From contig NC_009954.1 in NCBI RefSeq assembly GCF_000018305.1, positions 630,001 to 662,000 of the forward strand: a stretch of DNA of 32,000 nucleotides, given 5' to 3'. Position numbers and translations under genes: made by a program. Below are positions 23,966 through 32,000 of the stretch, piece by piece. Numbering within the stretch: position 1 is the first letter of the stretch; each line of letters starts with the position of its first letter. The notes under the pieces are model-generated. The model ran no database searches. It had not been told where the DNA came from and saw only the letters and a list, made by a program, of their open reading frames with translations. Origin of the DNA: Caldivirga maquilingensis IC-167. GTDB taxonomy: Archaea; Thermoproteota; Thermoprotei; Thermoproteales; Thermocladiaceae.

Positions 23966-25846
23966 ATGATTAATACTAAGGTGAGTAAGTACTTACCGTA
24001 CGTTGGTTGGAGGCCTCTTCAAGCTAAGATTGCGGACTTCATATACAGTAACCTAGGGGAGGGTAAGGGTATTGTGGTTGAGGCACCCACTGGTGTGGGT
24101 AAGACTGCAGCAGCCCTGGCTGCTGCCTTAGCCTACAGTGAGGGTGAGCCTATTAAGATTATTTACATGATTAGGACTAATAATCAGGCTGCTGCACCCA
24201 TGAGGGAGTTGAGTAGGATGCTTAAGATTAGGGGAGTCTTCATACCTTATGTCCTAATTAGGAATAGGGCCAGAATGTGTTGTATTTCATCAACATCCAG
24301 GTTACCCTACAGGGACTTCCTAATGGAGTGTAATTACTTGAAGAGGACGGGGGAATGTAACTACTACGTTAAGTTGAAGAGCAATGGGGTAGATAGTAGC
24401 TTATTCATGGATACTGTGGCTGGCTTAGAGTCACCGGGTGAGTACGTTAAGTCAGTGTGCAAGTTAGGTGTGTGCCCTTATGATGCATCAAGGATGCTTA
24501 TAGATGAGTCAAGGGTTATAATACTATCCTACTACTACTTATTCTCCCTAAACGCTCCCGAGGTGGTTGACGTTGACTTAAAGTCATCAATACTTATAAT
24601 TGATGAGGCACATAACCTCCCCTACGCCATACTTGACTTAAACACCCAGTACTTGACTGAGGCCATGGTTAAGGTGGCCTTATCTGATGTTAAGAGATTT
24701 GTGAATGATGTTAACGTTAAGGCAGGTGCATTAAGGGCCTTGGCATCGATTAGAGCCCTCTTCAGGGACTTATTCAACGACGTGAGTGAGCAGGGTGAAC
24801 GTAGGGTTGATTCAAGTAAGATCCTGGAGTACTTCAATGATATTGAATACTTGACTGAAGCCTCCAGTGAGGTTTTAGCCAGTAAGAGGAGTAGGGGTAT
24901 TCTTCTTGCCGGTACCCCATTGAGTGATATTATTGATTTCTATAGGTCAGTAATTAAGATGCCTAAGGATAAGGCGCTCTTCCTATCCATGGGTAATGAT
25001 GGTAAGGCTATTGTAAGTAGGTTAATGGATCCATCAGCGGCGGCTTCAGGGGTAATGAATAATGCCTACAGTTTCATAGTTATGAGCGGTACGATGCCGC
25101 CTACAAGGCTCTTCACAAGTCTACTTGGGGTTAAGGTTAAGGTTAGTGAGTTGAGGATTGGGTTAACTGAGTACGTTAAGTCCTCTAATGTTAAGGCTGT
25201 TGTTTACGGTGAAGTTACCACGAAGTATACTGAGAGGAGTGAGGAGCAGTACAGTAGGATTGCTCAAGCACTGATAAGCATATATGATGCGGTAAAGCAT
25301 GGTGTATTAGCCGTCTTCCCATCGTACGATACCCTTAAGGCTACTAGGAAGTATATTAGGCATGGAGTTGACTTAATTGTTGAGATAGGTACAACAACCA
25401 TAGAGGATGTTCTAGAGTCAATTAAAGTTAATCCACATAAATTAATACTGGCTGTGGCTGGAGGTAAGTTAGTTGAGGGCATTGAGTTCAGGTTCAATGA
25501 TGTTAATTACATAGATGCCGTGGCTATAGTTGGTGTACCTTACCCTGAGCCGAACGACTTCATGAATGGGCTAGTGGATGTGGTTAAGTCAAGGGCTAAT
25601 TACGATGACGCATGGCACGCCGTCTACACATGGAACGCCTTAGTTAAGGTTAAGCAAGCCATAGGCAGGGGGCTTAGGTCAGATAAGGATAGGGTCTTCA
25701 TAATATTAATGGATTATAGGTTCAGGGATAATCCAGTAATTTGGAGGGAGATGACGAATTACCTACCTAACATTGAGGTTGCCTCAAATGAGGACGAGTT
25801 AATAAGCATGCTTAGGGAGTTCACCTCAATAAACACTAATCAGTGA
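23966..25846 (+). CDS. xpd: XPD/Rad3-family 5'-3' DNA helicase with 4Fe-4S domain
   Basis: Walker A VEAPTGVGKT, DEAH box IIDEAHNL, motif VI QAIGRGLRS. Cys residues between motifs I and II (RMCCISS, CNYLKRTGECNYY, CKLGVCPY) fit the XPD Fe-S domain. The track start, GTG 23942, sits on the TATA box (23931-23940), so I prefer the in-frame ATG at 23966. Confidence 0.85.
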   Translation: MINTKVSKYLPYVGWRPLQAKIADFIYSNLGEGKGIVVEAPTGVGKTAAALAAALAYSEGEPIKIIYMIRTNNQAAAPMRELSRMLKIRGVFIPYVLIRNRARMCCISSTSRLPYRDFLMECNYLKRTGECNYYVKLKSNGVDSSLFMDTVAGLESPGEYVKSVCKLGVCPYDASRMLIDESRVIILSYYYLFSLNAPEVVDVDLKSSILIIDEAHNLPYAILDLNTQYLTEAMVKVALSDVKRFVNDVNVKAGALRALASIRALFRDLFNDVSEQGERRVDSSKILEYFNDIEYLTEASSEVLASKRSRGILLAGTPLSDIIDFYRSVIKMPKDKALFLSMGNDGKAIVSRLMDPSAAASGVMNNAYSFIVMSGTMPPTRLFTSLLGVKVKVSELRIGLTEYVKSSNVKAVVYGEVTTKYTERSEEQYSRIAQALISIYDAVKHGVLAVFPSYDTLKATRKYIRHGVDLIVEIGTTTIEDVLESIKVNPHKLILAVAGGKLVEGIEFRFNDVNYIDAVAIVGVPYPEPNDFMNGLVDVVKSRANYDDAWHAVYTWNALVKVKQAIGRGLRSDKDRVFIILMDYRFRDNPVIWREMTNYLPNIEVASNEDELISMLREFTSINTNQ

Positions 25847-26408
25847 GGTAATTATTCAATACGCTAATCCTACTCAAGCAAGCAGAGGAGCTTAACCTAA
25901 CGCCAAGGCACTCATCCTTAGACTCAACAAGCAGTACATCCCTCTTATTCTCAATAAGGAACCTAACCATGGCGCTGGCGAGCTTAAACCTAGAATTAAG
26001 CCTCATAATCCTCTTCAATAACCTAACACTTGATAATAAGATGGGTGTACTTAACCCCCTCCCACCCCTGGATAACACCACTATAGGCCTATTAAAGGAG
26101 TTTAAAGCCCAGAGTGCCTCGGCGTAGGTTTCTGAACTTAAGTAGGGTTGACTACCCCTAATCAGCACCAGGGGTGGTTGCACATTAGTTTCAATACATG
26201 AGTCTAGTAACCCCCTGGATGATTTATACGTATAATCAATATACATTGCTAAGGTAACCGATCCAGTGACCTTAACATTCCTTAATGGGCCGCAGAACAC
26301 TACGTTACTTAAACCAGCCTCACTGAGGCTGTGCTCCATGTACTCAATTACCCTACTTAATAATCCAGTATCCTTAAATGGCGGTATAACCACTATGGCG
26401 GTAGCCAT
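25836..26408 (-). CDS. Hypothetical protein (weak resemblance to MobA/CofC-like nucleotidyltransferase fold)
   Basis: ATG at 26408 (MATAIVVIPP...) lies 1 nt after the upstream stop. AIVVIPP and LVLIRGSQPYLSSETYAEAL resemble the N-terminal strand and the g-D-x-P-l-i block of MobA-like enzymes, but the Asp is missing. Low certainty on function. Confidence 0.45.
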   Translation of the reverse strand: MATAIVVIPPFKDTGLLSRVIEYMEHSLSEAGLSNVVFCGPLRNVKVTGSVTLAMYIDYTYKSSRGLLDSCIETNVQPPLVLIRGSQPYLSSETYAEALWALNSFNRPIVVLSRGGRGLSTPILLSSVRLLKRIMRLNSRFKLASAMVRFLIENKRDVLLVESKDECLGVRLSSSACLSRISVLNNYLTD

Positions 26409-26409
26409 G

Positions 26410-26772
26410 TTAATGCCCACTCAGCCTCTCAAGTACTGCTACTATACTTGAGTAAAGAACCTCCCACTGGTTAATGGGTGTTACGTTAACACTGCTTAAG
26501 TCTGAGCCTGGTTCAGTAACGTAGATTCTCACGTTATGCTGCTTCAATATGCGGTAGGATGGGTAGCATACTGAGCCGTGAGCGGCGATAACCACGTCCG
26601 CCCCAAGCTCAACACACCTATTAGCCACTGTGGGTCTTTTGCTTGTACTAAGTAATGCTGGATTATCCTCAACGTGTATTATCTTCCTATTAGTATCCAT
26701 TAATATGAGTTTAGTAGCCTTTGAGAATACCTCAACCCTGTAGTCATCATTAACCGTGGTGCACACTATCAT
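26410..26772 (-). CDS. NifX/NifB-C-terminal-like protein (dinitrogenase FeMo-cofactor-binding family domain)
   Basis: 120 aa. The pattern FSKATKLILMD...HVEDNP...CVELGADVVIAAHGSVCYPSYRILKQHNVRIYV follows this small family as I recall it (hFg.a..f.iyD ... G.d.vi.g.iG..a...L...gI.v). Confidence 0.6.
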   Translation of the reverse strand: MIVCTTVNDDYRVEVFSKATKLILMDTNRKIIHVEDNPALLSTSKRPTVANRCVELGADVVIAAHGSVCYPSYRILKQHNVRIYVTEPGSDLSSVNVTPINQWEVLYSSIVAVLERLSGH

Positions 26773-26835
26773 TAGGGGGTAATTGGGCTTGGATTTATAA
26801 ACACTGCATTAGTTTATTTAAAGCTAAGAGTATTA

Positions 26836-27771
26836 ATGAGCAGTAGGATTGTTAGGTTTAGGGGTGTTGACATTAGGATTGAGGTCATTGAATTACTTAA
26901 GTTAATAAAGAAGTATGGTTCATTAAGCAAGGCAGCTAAACTACTCAACATACCCTACTCCACAGCCTTTAGACTAATTAAGGAGGCTGAGGTCGCGTTA
27001 TCAGAGGCTTTAGTGGAGGGTATTAGGGGTGGTTCAGGCGGTGGTTATAGTAGATTAACAAAGCTTGGTGAGGAACTCCTGCTGACTTTCAGTGAAGGTG
27101 ACTTAAGGGGCAGGTTAATAGTAGCCAGTAGTCATGATGAACTCCTCTCCTACATTCTAGATAATCACGCCTCAGTGACTTGGGTTGGGTCAATGAATGG
27201 TTTATCAATGCTGCTTATGAATAAGGCCCAGGTAGCTGGGGTGCACTTATCTTCAATATACGGTAGCAACCTAAGCTTACTTAAGGCACTTGGGGTACTA
27301 GATGAGTTAACCCTGGTAAGGGGTTATGGTAGGGTTATTGGAATAGGGTACAGGGAGGGGTTGGGTTCAATGAGCCTTAAGGACCTCATTGATGGGGTTA
27401 GGAAGGGTAGGTTAATAATGGTTAAGAGGAATCCTGGTTCAGGAACGAGGCTACTTAGTGAATTATGGTTAAGGAGAATGAGCATCAGTAACCCGCAATC
27501 ACTTAGTAGGGTTGCCTGGACTCATGATGATGTGGCTAAGGCTATAATAAGAGGTGAAGCTGATTACGGCTTCATAACGCAGTATCATGCTGAAAAATGG
27601 GGTTTAGGTTTCATTAAGATTACGCAGGAGGACTATGATATAGTTGTGAGGAGGGATTCAATCGATGAGGCTCAGCAGCTTCTAGAGGCCTTAAGGGGGT
27701 TAAGGGGCCTTAACATTAAGGGTTATTTAATAGGTAGTGATATTGGGCAAATTATAGAATTAAACCATTGA
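26836..27771 (+). CDS. ModE-type HTH regulator fused to a periplasmic-binding-protein-like (molybdate/tungstate-binding-type) domain
   Basis: GSLSKAAKLLNIPYSTAFRLIKEAE plus RGGSGGGYSRLTKLGEELL is the ModE N-terminal signature (GSxSxAAxxLxxSYxxAW ... GGxGGGGAxLTxxG). The C-terminal 200 aa alternate beta/alpha segments like a PBP fold. Confidence 0.7.
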   Translation: MSSRIVRFRGVDIRIEVIELLKLIKKYGSLSKAAKLLNIPYSTAFRLIKEAEVALSEALVEGIRGGSGGGYSRLTKLGEELLLTFSEGDLRGRLIVASSHDELLSYILDNHASVTWVGSMNGLSMLLMNKAQVAGVHLSSIYGSNLSLLKALGVLDELTLVRGYGRVIGIGYREGLGSMSLKDLIDGVRKGRLIMVKRNPGSGTRLLSELWLRRMSISNPQSLSRVAWTHDDVAKAIIRGEADYGFITQYHAEKWGLGFIKITQEDYDIVVRRDSIDEAQQLLEALRGLRGLNIKGYLIGSDIGQIIELNH

Positions 27772-27838
27772 TAAATTTACATATTAACTTGATTAATAAT
27801 AGGGATTAAGTTTAAAAATAACGCCACTCAGTAAACAC

Positions 27839-28270
27839 GTGAAGGCTTCAGAATTAATAACTAGGAAAAGTCCAATAGTCATTAAGGTTGGTTCCCCAGT
27901 AATGGAGGCTATTAAACTCATGGCAGATAATAACGTAGGACTGGTGGTTATTGTTGATTCCCCTGAGAATAAAAAGGTCCTGGGAGTCATAAGTGAGAGG
28001 GATGTGATCAGGGCATTGGCTAAGGGTATTGATATTAGTAAGGCCACTGTGGAGCAAGTGGGGACAATGGGTAATATAGTCTCAGTTAAGTACTATGATT
28101 ACATCACCACTGTTGCAAGGTTAATGAATGAGAGGCAGGTTAGGCACGTGGTGGTTATTGATGATGATAATAGGGTTGTGAGTGTAATATCAATTAGGGA
28201 TCTTTTAAAGGAGAAGGAGGTTATTGATTCATTAGCCAGACTCCGTCCCCATCCACCTGTTAGAGAGTAG
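27839..28270 (+). CDS. CBS-domain pair protein
   Basis: Two CBS motifs: VGLVVIVDSPENKKVLGVISERDVIRAL and VRHVVVIDDDNRVVSVISIRDLLK. GTG start. 143 aa. Confidence 0.8.
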   Translation: MKASELITRKSPIVIKVGSPVMEAIKLMADNNVGLVVIVDSPENKKVLGVISERDVIRALAKGIDISKATVEQVGTMGNIVSVKYYDYITTVARLMNERQVRHVVVIDDDNRVVSVISIRDLLKEKEVIDSLARLRPHPPVRE

Positions 28271-28301
28271 GCGGTGTTAGGTTTATTCACTAAAGGCAGC
28301 A

Positions 28302-28988
28302 ATGCCATTGATGCTTAAACTCATACTTGTTGACGCAGCCCTAGAGCCAATACCCCCTGAATTAAGGAACGATAAGGGGATTGTCAAGACGGCTAGAAGG
28401 CTTGGCAGGGACCCAATCTACATGCCCCTTGATAAGGCCCTTCACTTCAAGGCCATGAGTAAGCTTAAGGGTAAGGAGAGTAGGGGTAGACCAGATATTG
28501 TTCACAAGTTTCTCCTGGATTCATTAAATAGTTTACTTGCTAAAAGAGGTATGTTAACAGTTTACATTCACACCGTGACTGGTAGAGTCATTGAGGTTGC
28601 CCCAGGTGAGAGGCCACCTCAGAATTACTTTAATTTCCTTGGATTAATGGAGCAGTTATTTAAGCATGGTTCAGTACCCCCCAGTGGTAAGTGGTTGCTT
28701 AGGTTCATGGATGTCTCAATCAGTGAACTGGTTGAGTCAATGAATGAATCCCTCATTATACTTCTTGAGAGGGATGGTGAACCCATTAAGGTTACTGAAT
28801 TAGCTAGGTTAATAATTAAGAATGGTGGAGCAGTGGTTATGATTGGTGGAATGCCTAAGGGTTCAAGTGAAGTGGCTAGGGCCTTAGCCAGGAGGGTTTT
28901 TAGCTTAGCTAATGGTGAATCCTTAACAACAAGCCATGTTGTAAACTCCCTAATAATTTCCATTGAATCTGAATTAGGCTTAATTTAA
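28302..28988 (+). CDS. nep1: Ribosome biogenesis protein Nep1/Emg1 (SPOUT rRNA pseudouridine-N1 methyltransferase)
   Basis: LILVDAALEPIP at the N-terminus and GRPDIVHKFLLDSLNSLL match the conserved Nep1 blocks. 228 aa. Confidence 0.8.
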   Translation: MPLMLKLILVDAALEPIPPELRNDKGIVKTARRLGRDPIYMPLDKALHFKAMSKLKGKESRGRPDIVHKFLLDSLNSLLAKRGMLTVYIHTVTGRVIEVAPGERPPQNYFNFLGLMEQLFKHGSVPPSGKWLLRFMDVSISELVESMNESLIILLERDGEPIKVTELARLIIKNGGAVVMIGGMPKGSSEVARALARRVFSLANGESLTTSHVVNSLIISIESELGLI

Positions 28989-31672
28989 CGTCCATCACTT
29001 AATGCGATCCTCCTAAGCATATAGGGTAGTATTCCCCCATGCTTATAGTACTCAACCTCAACTTCATTATCCAACCTGGCAATGGCCTCAACCTCCTTAA
29101 CCTCACCATTAGGTTTCGTAACCCTGATCTTAAGTCTCTTCCTTGGTTCAAGACCCTCCTCAATACCAATTACATCAACTACCTCATTACCCGTTAACCC
29201 AAGGCTCCTCCAACTTACCCCCTCAGGTAATTGTATGGGTAACACACCCATATCCACTAGGTTGCTCCTATGAATCCTCTCAAAGCTCTCAGCAATAACA
29301 GCCTTAACACCTAGGAGTAGTGTTGCCTTAGCCGCCCAATCCCTACTACTGCCTGAACCATACTGCTTACCGGCAAATATCACTAAGGGTACACCCTCAC
29401 TTTGGTATTGGACTGCAGCCTCGTAGACGGTCATGACTTTACCGTCAGGCCAATGAATAGTGTATCCACCATCCTTATTCACCATGAAGTTCTTAAGCTT
29501 AATATTACTGAACCCACCCCTAACCATAACTTCATGATTACCCCTCCTAGCCCCATACGTGTTGAATTCCTCAGGCTTCACGCCCCTCTCTATTAGGTAC
29601 TTGGCCGCTGGGCTATCTAACGGTATTGAACCGGCTGGTGAAATATGGTCAGTGGTTATCTTATCCCCAAGCAACAGCAGTATCCTAGCACCCTTAATGT
29701 CCTTAAGCGGCGGTGGTTCTGGGGTAATGTTATCGAAGAAGGGTGGTCTCCTTATGTATGTTGACGAGGGGTCCCATTGGTAAAGTAAACCACTGGGGGC
29801 CTTTAAGCCCTCCCATAATTCATCACCCTTATATACATCAGCGTACTTCCTCTTAAATAATTCAGGAACCACGGTGCTTCTTATTATTGAATTAACTTCA
29901 CTAATACTTGGCCAAATATCCCTCAGGTAAACAGGCTTACCATTTGGGTCGTAGCCCAGTGGTTCATTATCGAAATCCACATCAATCCTACCCGCCAATG
30001 CGTACGCAACCACAAGCATTGGTGAGGCTAAGTAAGCTGCCTTAACCAATGGGTGTATTCTACCTTCATAATTCCTATTACCGCTCAGCACAGCCACAGT
30101 GTATACATCATTCTCCCTAATCGCCTTAGCCACGGGTTCAGGTAGGGGACCTGTATTACCTATGCATACTGTGCACCCATACCCGGTTACGTGGAAGCCT
30201 AAGGCCTCCAGGTAGGGCATTAACCCGGCTGCGGTTAAGTAATCAGTCACAACCCTTGAACCTGGGGCTAGGCTTGTCTTAACCCATGGCTTAGTCCTCA
30301 GTCCCTTCTCCACAGCCTTCTTAGCCATTAAGCCAGCGCCAATTAGTACCGTTGGATTACTGGTGTTTGTGCAGCTTGTTATTGCAGCAATGGCAACAGC
30401 CCCATCCGTTAAGTTGGCTTTCAAATCCCCTAAATCCACGATGCTACTCCTCTTACCACCCCTACTGTTGGCGTATTCATTAATCAGCTTAGATACAGTT
30501 GCCTTAGCTGCCTTGAGGGGTATCTTCTCATCAGGATTCCTTGGACCAGCTATCACCGGCTCCACTTCACTTAAATCAAACTGATAGCTCTCGCTGAAGA
30601 CTGGTTCATAATCATCAGTGTAGAATAAGCCAACATGCTTAAGGTAATCCTCAACAAGCTTAACGTGAGCCTCATCCCTACCAGTTAACCTTAAGTAGCT
30701 TAACGTTAATTCATCCACCGGGAACAAGCCTGTTGTTGCACCGTATTCAGGAGCCATATTGGATACTGTAACTCTATCCCAGGCGGGGAGAGCCTTAATA
30801 CCTGGGCCATAGTACTCAACTATCTTACCAACCACATTCCTCTTCCTTAGGAATTCAGTAATATTAAGAACTATATCAGTTGCAGTAACCCCCTCCCTTG
30901 GTTCACCCACCAGTTTAACCCCAACAACCTGTGGTATCGTTATGTAGTGTGGTTGACCAAGCATAACCGCCTCAGCCTCAATACCACCCACACCCCAACC
31001 CAATACACCGATGCCGCTAACCATGGTTGTGTGACTATCCGTGCCTAGCACAGTATCTGGGTAAGCTGAGGCATTGTTTTGATTAACGAAAACCACCTTG
31101 GCTAAGTACTCTATGTTAACCTGGTGTATTATACCTTTACCAGGGGGTACTACCTTGAAGTTACTGAATGTTGATTGAGCCCACTTAAGGAAAACGTACC
31201 TCTCCCTATTCCTCTCAAACTCAAGCTCCATGTTTAACCTTAATGCATCCGACACACCGAAGTAATCCACTTGAACAGAGTGGTCAATAACCAGGTCCAC
31301 TGGGACAAGGGGATTGATTACCTTGGGATCCTTACCTAACTTAGCCACTGCATCCCTCATGGCTGCTAAGTCGGCTACAAGTGGGACACCGGTGAAGTCC
31401 TGTAGTATCAACCTAGCGGGTATGAAGGGTATTTCCTTAGGGTACTGAGCCTTTGGATCCCACTTAAGTAAGGATTCAATATCCTCCAGCTTAACAACCC
31501 TACCATCATAATTCCTAACCACACTCTCTAGGAGTATTCTAATGCTTATAGGTAATTTAGAGACCTTGAACCCGATTTCCTCAAACCTACCTATGTTCCA
31601 AATACTTAACTTACCCACTGGTGAACTCCACTGCTCCTTAATGATCCCAAGGTCCTTAACGCTAATGCTCAT
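28985..31672 (-). CDS. acn: Aconitate hydratase
   Basis: 895 aa. Contains GTDSHTTMV, ITSCTNTSNP and GCTVCIGNTG (Fe-S ligand cysteines), plus the C-terminal swivel domain motif GSSRDWAAK. Confidence 0.95.
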   Translation of the reverse strand: MSISVKDLGIIKEQWSSPVGKLSIWNIGRFEEIGFKVSKLPISIRILLESVVRNYDGRVVKLEDIESLLKWDPKAQYPKEIPFIPARLILQDFTGVPLVADLAAMRDAVAKLGKDPKVINPLVPVDLVIDHSVQVDYFGVSDALRLNMELEFERNRERYVFLKWAQSTFSNFKVVPPGKGIIHQVNIEYLAKVVFVNQNNASAYPDTVLGTDSHTTMVSGIGVLGWGVGGIEAEAVMLGQPHYITIPQVVGVKLVGEPREGVTATDIVLNITEFLRKRNVVGKIVEYYGPGIKALPAWDRVTVSNMAPEYGATTGLFPVDELTLSYLRLTGRDEAHVKLVEDYLKHVGLFYTDDYEPVFSESYQFDLSEVEPVIAGPRNPDEKIPLKAAKATVSKLINEYANSRGGKRSSIVDLGDLKANLTDGAVAIAAITSCTNTSNPTVLIGAGLMAKKAVEKGLRTKPWVKTSLAPGSRVVTDYLTAAGLMPYLEALGFHVTGYGCTVCIGNTGPLPEPVAKAIRENDVYTVAVLSGNRNYEGRIHPLVKAAYLASPMLVVAYALAGRIDVDFDNEPLGYDPNGKPVYLRDIWPSISEVNSIIRSTVVPELFKRKYADVYKGDELWEGLKAPSGLLYQWDPSSTYIRRPPFFDNITPEPPPLKDIKGARILLLLGDKITTDHISPAGSIPLDSPAAKYLIERGVKPEEFNTYGARRGNHEVMVRGGFSNIKLKNFMVNKDGGYTIHWPDGKVMTVYEAAVQYQSEGVPLVIFAGKQYGSGSSRDWAAKATLLLGVKAVIAESFERIHRSNLVDMGVLPIQLPEGVSWRSLGLTGNEVVDVIGIEEGLEPRKRLKIRVTKPNGEVKEVEAIARLDNEVEVEYYKHGGILPYMLRRIALSDGR

Positions 31673-31823
31673 AGGGCCTCAACCTTAGGGTACTTAAAAA
31701 ATTACCGATCCTAAGATTAATTCAACGGTAAGCTAGTTTAAAATTATACAGGAAGCTTAACAGTTGATTTAGTGACCTTACTCATTGCTTTCAAGTCCCC
31801 AGTATCTTAGGTAATACATATGA

Positions 31824-32000
31824 TTAACCCAGGGTAGTCGGCGTAATGCGCGTCCACTCCACACAGAAGGTAAGGCACATGGATAGTGGGGCGGTCTCGG
31901 CATTAGCCACCACGTATATTCTATCATTAATCTCCCTAATTACGCTCAATACATCATTTAACCCACTTAGGATTACTTTAGTGTTTATGCTTGCGTTACT
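31824..32000 (-). CDS. C-terminal fragment of an unidentified protein (5' part beyond right window edge)
   Basis: Minus-strand frame is open from 32000 to the TAA at 31824-31826 (…VILSGLNDVLSVIREINDRIYVVANAETAPLSMCLTFCVEWTRITPTTLG*). It is absent from the track because it is edge-truncated. No family recognised. Confidence 0.4.
   Translation of the reverse strand, partial: SNASINTKVILSGLNDVLSVIREINDRIYVVANAETAPLSMCLTFCVEWTRITPTTLG

Overview
The window looks like a compact, AT-rich archaeal chromosome segment. It is most consistent with a hyperthermophilic crenarchaeon of the Thermoproteales type (Vulcanisaeta/Caldivirga-like). I infer this from TATA boxes sitting about 26-27 nt upstream of start codons (leaderless mRNAs), GC-rich RNA genes embedded in AT-rich DNA, and a tRNA with two introns. 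Most of the window is housekeeping: pheS/pheT, aconitase, upp, an XPD helicase, Nep1, an SRP RNA, a GT2 dolichyl-phosphate glycosyltransferase, and a glycerophosphodiester phosphodiesterase. The left end carries a TrmB-regulated glycan-uptake and alpha-mannosidase locus. I found no CRISPR array, cas gene, integrase, transposase or recognisable toxin-antitoxin pair, and no convincing novel multi-gene system. The items most worth a second look are listed below.

- A protein that joins a tandem 14-residue (42-bp) coiled-coil array to a C-terminal PD-(D/E)xK-like nuclease core (7813-8874), followed by an unexplained 451-bp spacer with a GC-rich hairpin.
- A tRNA-Thr(UGU) gene interrupted by two introns, each with a BHB or BHL splice motif that I could fold by hand.
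- A low-coding-density segment next to that tRNA, containing a second repeat-built coiled-coil protein and a Roadblock/LC7 gene.
- A TATA-proximal motif shared by the sugar-locus promoters.
- A divergent ModE-like / NifX-like module.
- An orphan radical-SAM/SPASM enzyme.

All family calls rest on motif recognition by eye; I ran no searches. Most short ORFs in the supplied track are antisense shadows of real genes.
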